DNA from: Octopus sinensis
Lineage: Eukaryota
Length of the DNA: 64,000 nucleotides
Assembly: GCF_006345805.1 (NCBI RefSeq)
Contig: NC_043010.1
Location: 30,504,001 to 30,568,000, forward strand
Reading direction: 5' to 3'
A model generated the notes under the pieces. That model ran no database searches, had not been told where the DNA came from, and saw only the letters and a list, made by a program, of their open reading frames with translations. Shown piece by piece: positions 54,118 through 64,000 of this stretch. The translations under genes and the position numbers were made by a program. The first letter of the stretch is position 1; the number at the start of each line of letters is the position of its first letter.

Positions 54118-55620
54118 GACGGCAGTAGTTGTTGTTTTTGTTACTTTGTAGTAGTGATAGTAGTAATGGTAGTGGTAGTGGTATTAGCAGTGACGGTAGT
54201 AGTGGTGGTAGTGATGGTAGTGGATAAAAGGACACTGATGGCCACCAGTAGCGATGACGATAATAAAAAGGAGTGAAGCAGAAAGACTGATGTCTTTGAT
54301 ATTAGCATAGAACATTGATGCATAAAGATATAAATGGACAACGCCATGTCTGTTGACAACCACAACACTAGTATCGCATCATCTCCACCAGCATTATCAT
54401 CAGAGCTGACAGCACCACCACCACCACCACCACCACCACTACCACCACCACACCATCATGGAAATCAACACCACCACCATCTCATCACTAGAACAACCTC
54501 TGCCACTACCACCAACACTATCATAAGCACTGTCATCAGAACCAACTCCGCCACCATTCCACCACTCCGTCACCGGAGCCACCACCAACACCGCCGCCGC
54601 CACCGCCATCACCACCGCCACCACCACCAACATTCACCACCATCACCACCACCACCATCACCACCACCATTCTCCAATTATCACTTTCGATACAAGGATG
54701 CTTGCAACCAGCGTACCATAATTGTCACTACTTATATATTACCAACACCAACACCACTACTACTACAGTTGCTGTTGCTACTATCATCACTACTGTCGTC
54801 ACTAATCAAACCACCACCGCCACCATTACTACTACAACCACCCACCACCACCAGCACTACTATCACCTTCATCATTACCACCAACACTACTACTACTACT
54901 ACCACCACCACCACCACCACCACTACTACTACTACTGCTACTACTACTACTACTACTATTACTTGCTGATATAAACCACCGCTTACAACTCACACTACCT
55001 CCCATGCCACAATCACTTCCACTACTGCCACCACAAACACCTTTACCAACACCGACACCACCATCAGCACATCATGATCTTTACCAACAACAACAACAAC
55101 AACACTATGACCACCAGTACCAACACCAACACCTCCTTCGCAACCAGCAACGCAACTAACATTCCACGACGATCACCAGGACGTGCGTTAAAGGTGCTTA
55201 AAATAGAGTTAGAGTTCCTCTTCCCCTCGATGACTCATCGACAACAACAACGTCAACGATGTCAACAACAACAACACCAAGAGCAGTCACCACAAATAAA
55301 CGGTGAGAGCCGCAGTAAATCCAGCCATAAATGCAACAGAAGCAGTAACAGACAGAGCAACAACCGGAAGGCAGTGGTGCATACGGCGGAATAGAACAAC
55401 AGCAGCAATAACCAGGGCAACAGCAGCAACAATATACACGATAACAGCAGCAATACTTTCGACCACAACAGCAGAAATAAACACGACAAAAGCAATAAAG
55501 ACCTGAGTAGTCACAATAAGCACGACAAGAGCGACATCAATAAACACAATAATAAACACATTAACAGCAATGCACACAGAAGTAGCAGCAATATGCACAA
55601 CAATAACTGTAATAAAAAAA
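53920..55620. repeat. Compound triplet low-complexity block (TAG/CAG/GTG, then CAC/CTA/CAA)
   Basis: Seen directly. Confidence 0.92.
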
Positions 55621-55627
55621 ACTCAAG

Positions 55628-56274
55628 GGGCGCAGGCGTGGCTGTGTGGTAAGAAGAAGGCGGCGAACTGGCAGAAAAAGGCGGCGAGCTGGCAGAAACG
55701 TTAGCACGCCGGGCAAAATGCTTAGCAGTATTTCGTCTGCCGTTACGTTCTGAGTTCAAATTCTGCCGAGGTCGACTTTGCCTTTCATCCTTTCGGGGTC
55801 GATAAATTAAGTACCAGTTACACACTGATGTCGATGTAATCGACTTAATCCGTTTGTCTGTCCTTGTTTGTCCCCTCTGTGTGTAGCCCCTTGTGGGCAG
55901 TAAAGAAATAACAAGATTGCAGCGAGCTGGCAGAAACGTTAGCACGCCGAGCGAAATGCTTAGCAGTATTTCGTCTGCCGCTACGTTCTGAATTCAAATT
56001 CCGCCGAGGTCGACTTTGCCTTTCATCATTTCGGGGTCGATAAACTAAGTAGCAGTTACGCACTGGGGTCGATGTAATCGACTTAATCCCTTTGTCTGTC
56101 CTTGTTTGTCCCCTCTTTGTTTAGCCCCTTGTGGGCAATAAAGAAATAAGAAGATTGCTTCTCAACCACATGGTTCAAGCTTCATCCCACTGCGTGGCAC
56201 CTTCGGCAAGTGTCTCCTACTATAGCCTCGGGCTGACCAGAACCTTGTGAGTGGAAACCGAAAGAAGCCCGTCG

Positions 56275-56321
<47 letters not shown>

Positions 56322-56535
56322 TTGTGTGTTTGTGTCTGAGTTTGTTCCCCCATCCCACCATTGCTTGATAACCGGTGTTAGTGCGTTTACGTCCCCAACC
56401 GATGGATAAGTACTAGGCTTACAAAGAATAAGTCCTGGGGTCAATTTGTTTGCCTAGAACCCCTTAAGGTGGTGCTCCGAGCATGACTTCAGTCAAATGA
56501 CTAAAACAAGTAAAAGAAGTAAAAGAATAAAAGAA
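55628..56535 (+). mobile_element. SINE-A whose head is interrupted by two SINE-B copies
   Basis: Head starts GGGCGCAGGCGTGGC at 55628 and resumes at ~56149. Confidence 0.85.
55657..56148 (+). mobile_element. Two headed SINE-B copies at one site
   Basis: Units 55657-55910 and 55921-56148, each followed by TAA(C/G)AAGATTGC. Confidence 0.9.
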
Positions 56536-56661
56536 TAACAGCAGCAATAAACACATCGATAACAAATCATACAGCAGCAGCAGCAGCAATAACAAATACA
56601 GCAGTAGAAACAGCTGCAAAAACTCATCAGCGGCTGTAAACAAAACAACAGCGGTTATATA

Positions 56662-57074
56662 TATTCTTTACTGCCCACAAGGGGCTAAACGTAGAGGGGA
56701 CAAACAAGGACAAAGGGATTAAGTCGATTACATCGACCCCAGTGCGAAACTGGTACTTTATTTATCGACCCCGAAAGGATGAAAGGGAAAGTCGACCTCG
56801 GCGGAATTTGAACCCAGAATGTAAAGACAGATAAAATACCTATTTCTTTACTACCCACAAGGGGCTAAACACAGAGGGAACAAACAAGGACAGACAAACA
56901 GATTAAGTCGATTATATCTACCCAAGTGCGTAACTGGTACTTAATTTATTGACCCCGAAAGGATGAAAGGCAAAGTCGACCTCGGCGGAATTTGAACTCA
57001 GAACGTAACGGCAGACGAAATACCGCTAAGCATCTCGCCCGACGCGCTAACGTTTCTGTCAGCCCGCCGCCTTT
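56662..57074 (-). mobile_element. SINE-B dimer
   Basis: Junction at 56831-56850; perfect 16-bp TSD CAACAGCGGTTATATA at 56646-56661 and 57075-57090. Confidence 0.93.
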
Positions 57075-57277
57075 CAACAGCGGTTATATACACAGCAAAC
57101 ATATACAACAATTACAAAAATCACGAAAAGAAGAACAATAATAATATCAGCAGCAACAACAACAACAACCACAAACGTCAGAAGAATTACAGCAACACCA
57201 TCACAGCCAAAAATATCATGAACGGCAGCGACAGAAGCCACAACAACAACGAAAACAGTAACAGCAATAACAATAAC

Positions 57278-57346
<69 letters not shown>

Positions 57347-57429
57347 GACAACAACAATAACAACCATAATAATAACAGCAACAACAATAGAAACAACAGT
57401 TACAATAACAATAACGAAATTAAGGATTT

Positions 57430-57837
57430 CTCTTTCTTTACTGTTTTACTTGTTTCAATCATTTGACTGCGGCCATGCTGGAGCACCGCCTTTAGTCGAG
57501 CAAATCGACCCCAGGACTTATTCTTTGTAAGCCTAGTACTTATTCTATCGGTCTCTTTTGACGAACCGCTAAGTTACGGGGACGTAAACATACCAGCATC
57601 GGTTGTCAAGTGATGTTGGGGGGACAAACAGACACACGAACATATACACACACATGCATATATATATATATATACGATGGGATTCTTTCAGTTTCCGTCT
57701 ACCAAATCCACTCGCAAGGCTTTGGTCGGCCCGAAGCTATAGTAGAAGACGCTTGCCCAAGCTGCCACGCAGTAGGACTGAACCCGGAACCATGTGGTTG
57801 GTAAGCAGGCTACTTACCACGCTGCCACTCCTGCGCC
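57430..57837 (-). mobile_element. Complete SINE-A
   Basis: Head ends CTCCTGCGCC; tail CTTGTTTCAATCATTTGACTGCGGCC. Confidence 0.92.
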
Positions 57838-57949
57838 TAACAACGGCAGCAACCAACGACAAGAATTTAGAAAATTAGAAGAAACACGTGAAAATTTATT
57901 CACCCGAATTATTTGTAACATTTTCAGCAACTGAATTTGCAGCTGCTGT

Positions 57950-57954
57950 TATTG

Positions 57955-58018
<64 letters not shown>

Positions 58019-58045
58019 CAATGTTTTCGGTGATGGTAGTAGTGA

Positions 58046-58079
<34 letters not shown>

Positions 58080-58271
58080 GGTGATAGTGATGGTGATAGT
58101 GATGGTGATGATCATGATCATGATTATGATGATGGTGATGATGATGATGAATGATGATGATGATGATGATGATGACAATGTTTTCGGTGATGGTAGTAGT
58201 GATGATGATGATGATCGTGATGGTGATGGTGATGATGATGATGATGACAATGTTTTCGGTGATGGTAGTAC

Positions 58272-58323
<52 letters not shown>

Positions 58324-58375
58324 GGTGATAGTGATGGTGATGATCATGATCATGATTATGATGATGGTGATGATA

Positions 58376-58412
<37 letters not shown>

Positions 58413-58490
58413 CGATGATAATGATGACAATGTTTTCGGTGATGGTTGTAGTGATGATGATGATGATAATGATGCTGGTGCTGCTCTTGC
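57950..58490 (+). repeat. (GAT)n/(GGT)n array with higher-order units
   Basis: GACAATGTTTTCGGTGATGGT recurs at 58017, 58174, 58246 and 58426. Confidence 0.92.
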
Positions 58491-58636
58491 TGCTGCTACA
58501 TCAGTAACACGTCCAGTTACTATGACAACTGTAGTTCTTCTATTGCAACCTATCTCTTACTCTGTACCTCAATGCAATTCTGCACCATTTACAACAACCC
58601 CGTTTTGTAGTCAGACCAACGAGTGTCAAGTGTTGG

Positions 58637-58678
<42 letters not shown>

Positions 58679-58969
58679 CAGTGACAGGCAGAGATACACA
58701 CCAGACTCTTGTTTGTAGATGAACAACCTCTTGTAGATGGATCGGACTTATATCTGTATATCTTATACCACAAAGGGCATATGCGTGTGTGCGTGCGTGT
58801 GTGTTTGTGTGTGTGTGTATGTGTGTGTGTGTAGATATATAAGATAAATAAGATAGATGCATATATAGATTATTGGTACATGCATGTAATAATACGTATG
58901 TATATGTGTGCATTATATGTATACTTCTATATATGTCATTGTGTGTATATGTGTATATGTGTATATATA

Positions 58970-59011
<42 letters not shown>

Positions 59012-59073
59012 ATGTATATATATATATGTATATATATGTGTATCTATATATATATATATATAATATATATATA

Positions 59074-59790
59074 TAGGGTACGGTGAATATATTGTCGTTT
59101 AAATTACGCAAAAATGAAAATAACACTGACATCTCATTTTAACAGATATATTTGACCAAAATTACATAAAAATATCTTGAAATACAAGAGAGTAAATTTA
59201 TTCAATAAAATTGCCATTGGCTTCAACTACAGCCTCCAGACGACTTTGAAATCTCCTGCAACTCTTCTGAATGGTTTCTTTGTTTAAGTTAGTGAATGCT
59301 GCCATAATCCTTGCTTTCAGTTCATCTTCGGTGTTACAAGGAGTTTTCTTGGTCTCTCGCTCAACTGCGCCCCACACATAATAATCAAGGTGGTTGCAGT
59401 CTGGTGCGTTTGGTGGCCAGTTGTTAGGAGTGATGTGGTCGCAGAAATTGTCTAACAGCCATGACTGGGTTCTTCTGCTTGTGTGGCATGGTGCAGAGTC
59501 CTGTTGCCAGAGATGGGGTCTCCCGGCAGCCAACCTCTTGACATTGGGCAGCAGTACGTCCTCCAGGCACTTGATGTAGGCCTCCGTGTGAAGTCTGGTG
59601 CCGAGTGGGAAGATGAATGGAGGAATAACGTCGCCATCACTAGTGATCAATCAACACACCATGATGTTGACTGGATGTTTGAGTCTTATCACTCTCGGTA
59701 CAGGTTTTGGGGAGAGGGCAACCCAACGGTCGTTCTGTGTGTTCACCGTCTGTTCGTATAGGCGCTTCCGGTACGAATGCCAAGTAGTAT
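59074..59790 (-). mobile_element. Truncated mariner-like transposase, DD37D (maT-type)
   Basis: NTQNDRW...KHPVNIMV / QQDSAPCH...WPPNAPDCNHLDYYVW with 37 aa between the Ds; 5' half missing. Confidence 0.88.
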
Positions 59791-59839
59791 AGCATATCGT
59801 TTCTAAATTTCTGGCTGAGTGAATTCTTTTCTACTCTTT

Positions 59840-60040
59840 TCTACACAAGGCCCGAAATTTTTGGGGCGGGGACCAGTCGATTAGATCAACCCCAGTACGT
59901 AACTGGTACTTAATTCATCGACATTGAAAGGATGAAAGGCAAAAATCGACCTCAGTGGAATTTGAACTCAGAACGTAAAGACAGACGAAATACCGCTAAG
60001 CATTTCGCCGGCGTGCTAACGTTTCTACAAACTCGTCAGC
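59840..60040 (-). mobile_element. SINE-B-related copy with an older 3' end
   Basis: Head and core match; 3' part ...TTTCGGGCCTTGTGTAGAAA. Confidence 0.75.
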
Positions 60041-60265
60041 ACTCCTGGCAGAACGAATTGCGTCATAGTACTGTTTTTCTCACAAACTGTGCCCAACTGA
60101 CCCTACTATACTGTGAAGTCGACAAAATCAAAAACAAACAATGCGCATGCGTGCAATTAAAAATATAAAATGGCGACAATTAACCTATCGCACCCTCAGT
60201 GTGTGTGCGCGTGTGTGTGTATAAACACACATACATACACGTACACACTTTCATATACAAGCACA

Positions 60266-60297
<32 letters not shown>

Positions 60298-60494
60298 CAG
60301 GGTATGCCGGGTATTCGTGAGCAATTTTATTGAGCTATAAATAGAAAGTTTTATTGAATAGTATGTATCTTTAAAATATCGGATTACATATAGTTTTTCT
60401 TAAAATTTTGTTCTCAATTCATACATACATACATAAATGCATACATACATACCTACATACATACGTGCGTATGTGTGTGTGTGAGCACGCGTGT

Positions 60495-60538
<44 letters not shown>

Positions 60539-60616
60539 GTGTAACACCTTTTGAATCAGTATTTTATGGATTGTCGAGACAGATTTGTCTGGTTCCCTGC
60601 CTGAACATACATACAG

Positions 60617-60873
60617 CAGTGGTTCCTACACTTTTTTGCCCCCTTGGAACCACATTCCCAGCGCCCCCTCTCACCACCACAAACATGACCATTTTCTGCA
60701 GCAAATTCAAAACAAATGTATTTCACAAAAAAATCCATTTATTTTGTTGATTTTACATCCATCTCCCCCTTTTGGCCACTCCATTATCACTCCACTTTTC
60801 TCTACAACTCCCTAGATATTTCCACTGCCCCAAGGGCTGTGGTGAGCCGTACAGTCCACTTCGAGAACCACTA
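60617..60873. mobile_element. hAT (Charlie-like) MITE
   Basis: CAGTGGTTCC ... GAGAACCACTA; candidate 8-bp TSD ACATACAG/ATCTACAG (6/8). Confidence 0.6.
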
Positions 60874-60999
60874 ATCTACAGGTAGCGTGTGGGGGAGAGA
60901 AAAGGAATCAGGAGATATGGTCCGAATTGCTTGCCACGGAGTTTGACTCCACTGAAAAAAAACAAGTATCAAGTAGTGATGGAAACTGAATTCCACGTT

Positions 61000-61365
61000 A
61001 ACTCACATGTGTTATCTCGGCAATAATGATCTAGAAATTGTAATGATGACATTTAATACAGTTGGGGATTCGTTTGAAAGATTTGGCTGACGTTTTTAAC
61101 AGATCGAATAAATAGAGTAGGATGTCGCATAAAATAATCCCAAGACGGATTTCTGAAGCCGAGGCCAACTGGTAGGAGACTAGGGGTAGATTAAATGGTT
61201 GGATAAGATCCACAGTCCCAGTTGATCACACTTGAAATGCAGCAAGAAAGCATAATGATTGCTGCTTCTGATAGGAGCCTATGAAAGAGTCGACTGAGGA
61301 CCCTACACACACGCCCCTCCCAGGAATAGTGGGCGGAGAAGAGGGATGAATGAAGGGATGGATAC
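61000..61365 (+). mobile_element. RTE-clade LINE 3' end
   Basis: LKPRPTGRRLG / KWLDKI / AASDRSL*KSRLRTLHTRPSQE*, followed by a GATGAATGAAGGGATGGA tail. Confidence 0.7.
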
Positions 61366-61843
61366 TCCTTTTAGTTATCGGTGGTGTTTGGTGTGTGGAT
61401 TTGAAACATGGCATTAAAAAGCAAACTGGATGCTTCTGGTCAATGGTGCCGATTTTAGGTAATAAGTATTATATGGAACCATTCTGTTACTACTACAAAC
61501 GTTTAGGATCGCTCGTAGCCGCCAATAATATCAAACAGCATTGGTCCACGTTATCGATTAACGTGACTTAGCACTGCATTAATGTTCTAGCCTGGAATAC
61601 TCGGTAAATAAGTTGTCAAACATCACACGCTCAGTCTCCTACTTACAACACACCAACACAATAACAAATCAACAAAACAAAAGAGACATGTAAATTGCTT
61701 AAATAATATTGAACAGTCGTCGCCTCTTTCCCATCAAACGTCATGTACAGCTGTTTTCTGTTTTATCTATCTTATCTGAAATTGAACAAAAAGATCTAAA
61801 CCAGCTGTGCTCTCATTTATGACTAATAATAATAATAATAATG

Positions 61844-61880
<37 letters not shown>

Positions 61881-61935
61881 CAACAACAACAACAACAACA
61901 GCAACAACAACAACAGCAACAACAACAGCAACAAC

Positions 61936-61970
<35 letters not shown>

Positions 61971-61994
61971 AATAATAATAATATAATAATAATT

Positions 61995-62670
61995 ATAATC
62001 CTTTCTACGCTGTTTCAACTCTTCCATGACTGTTCCAAATCATTTCTCTTTGGCTAAGTATCTTTTCTCAGAGAAGATTTGCATCTTGTGTTTCCTAACT
62101 TGTTCAGTTTTCAGGCTTCTATTGTATTCAGGATCTTGTCTTAAAGTCAACACTTCATTGTGTAATCTCCTTTTCCACATTTGCTCTTTTTTTAATCTTT
62201 CCTTGTGGATTATCTAATCTTCTATAACTACTATCCTTCCTGCATAGATCAATAAGTTAGTATCTCCTATGTTTTTAGTATCTGTCCTACTGATAACAGA
62301 ATATACTTTCCTAGCCATTTCTTGTAGCTTTCTTCTGTTTGGTACATTTTAATGCTGGTAATCTTCTTACTTCTTTACTCATTAATTCCTGCAACTCATC
62401 TAAAATCTTCTGATCTTCTTCACTGAAAGCACTTAAGTCGTTGGTGCCAGTTGTCCCTTCGTTATTGGTAGCGCTATTGTTATATTTTCTTTAGGTTTTT
62501 CTTTGGTTTGAGCTGTATCTCTTACAATCTTGTTTGTCTTTCCTACTGCCTGGTCTTTCTTTTCCTGTCCTCTTGTGGTCTCTTCCACCTCCAATTCTGT
62601 CATCCACTTTCCTCTGCAAATAGCATTAGCTCGATCTCTTAATCTGTTTTATCCTTACGTCGCCAATATC
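61995..62670 (-). mobile_element. R4/Dong-clade N-terminal fragment
   Basis: RLRDRANAICRGKWMTELEVEE; LPALK; TNLLIYAGRIVV; MWKRRLHNEVLTLRQD; VMEELKQR; abuts the TAA/CAA array at 61825-61995. Confidence 0.75.
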
Positions 62671-63124
62671 GTTGTACGGTTGATATTGTCGACGATAGAT
62701 AAAGAATACTCTGTAACAGTGTTATAACAATACAAAATAGAAACAGCGGCAGTAACAAACACGTAACGAGCCAACAATCTTTTACGAACCAACAATCAAT
62801 ATTTCCAACACATTAACTCAAACTGTAAACTATACCAAAACTTCGAAGACCAAACTACGAATTGCCGACTACGTCAGACTGCTACTATCTATGTGTAGTG
62901 GTCCCGTCTATTCTCGCCACAACATAATCTCTGCTCAGTCACTTTAAACATACCCTTCGCTACCCAAAGTGTTAACATCTATTTTCTATAGCCCCTTCTT
63001 TTTGCATGGGATGGACAAGAGAAAGTTATATACAAACCAGATGTAGGGTTAGGTTGTCGTATAACAAACATAACGAAAAGTTTTATATTTTAACAACACA
63101 CATACATACATGCATACATACATA

Positions 63125-63598
63125 AGCACGGGTGTGGTTGTGCTGTGAGAAATTTGATGCCCGGCCACATGGTTCTCGGTTCAATTACACTGCGCAGCAT
63201 CTTGGGCAAGTGTCTTCTACTAAAAACCTGGGCCAACCAAAGCCTTGTGAGTGGATTTGATAGGTAAAAACTGAAAGAAACCTGTTGACTTTAATCTGCA
63301 TCAAAACTCTGGAATTCCCAAACCAGATATTCCATTTGAGCGTGGGGACACAGAAATACTCTTGGTTAGTATCAGGGCGCGCAGTAAACACCATCGTGTG
63401 TGAGAGGCCAGTTGTAACAGTATCTTTCAAGGAGAGGGACCTAACCATTTGGAAGCGTACAGTAAGATACAACTTTCGTCCGATCAGCAACCGGATTGAA
63501 AAGGCATGTGAATAGTCATGGGTGGAAAGTCAGAAATACCACTGGCAGCAAGGAAAGAGGAGACAGCAATTGTCCTTGAAGATGGAGCAATCACCATG

Positions 63599-63630
<32 letters not shown>

Positions 63631-64000
63631 TGTATGTATGTATGTATGTATGTATGTATGTATGTATGTAGGTAGGTAGGTAGGCAGGTAGGTATGTATG
63701 TAGGTAGGTAGGTAGATAGGTAGGTAGGTAGGTAGGTAGGTAGGTAGATAGGTAGGTAGGTAGGTAGGTAGGTAGGTAGGTAGGTAGGTAGGTAGGTAGG
63801 TAGGTAGGTTGGTGTGTCTTTGCGTTTGTTCTTCACCACCGTTTGACACCCGGTGTTGGCTTGTATACGTCCACGTAACTTAGCGGTTCGGCAAAAATTG
63901 CGATAGAATGAGTATGAGGTTATTTGAAAAATAAGTACTGGGATTGATTCGACGACTAAAAACCCTTCAAGGCGGTGCCCCATCATAACCGTTGTACAAT
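63125..64000 (+). mobile_element. Old SINE-A split by a ~310-bp insert and TATG/TAGG arrays
   Basis: Head at 63125-63290, tail at 63810-64000. Confidence 0.75.

Noticed and set aside
54334-54969. 211-aa Pro/His/Thr-rich ORF (also 57937-58722)
   Set aside because: Triplet-repeat read-through with no domain or splice support.
60298-60420. TA|CAGGGTATG mariner-like end
   Set aside because: No matching inverted end found.
61350-61571. Signal-peptide-like ORF MKGWILLLVIGGVWC with a donor-like site
   Set aside because: The start codon lies in the GATG-type 3' tail of the RTE fragment; likely coincidental without transcript evidence.

Overview
This is a repeat-saturated, AT-rich animal genomic window. 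By inference it is cephalopod (octopus-like), based on the tRNA-derived SINE families and extreme microsatellite density. I cannot support any intact host gene; nearly all ORFs in the supplied track are microsatellite read-through. Contents: three tRNA-headed SINE families (labelled A, B, C here), non-autonomous Helitrons, MITEs, two decayed Tc1/mariner transposases (DD36E, DD37D), five R4/Dong-clade LINE fragments, an RTE 3' end and several Penelope-like element (PLE) remnants. The most notable signals are: (1) minimal type-I hammerhead-ribozyme folds at PLE-type termini whose 3:8 core pair covaries (C:G, G:C, U:A), two of them at the centre of ~100-120 bp palindromes; (2) SINE-B multimers with a fixed, self-complementary junction, several flanked by a single TSD; (3) R4/Dong-type elements embedded in (TACA)n versus (TAA)n arrays; (4) a perfect-TIR MITE holding a captured SINE fragment. 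Everything was read by eye. Family names from memory are flagged, and most element boundaries are approximate.
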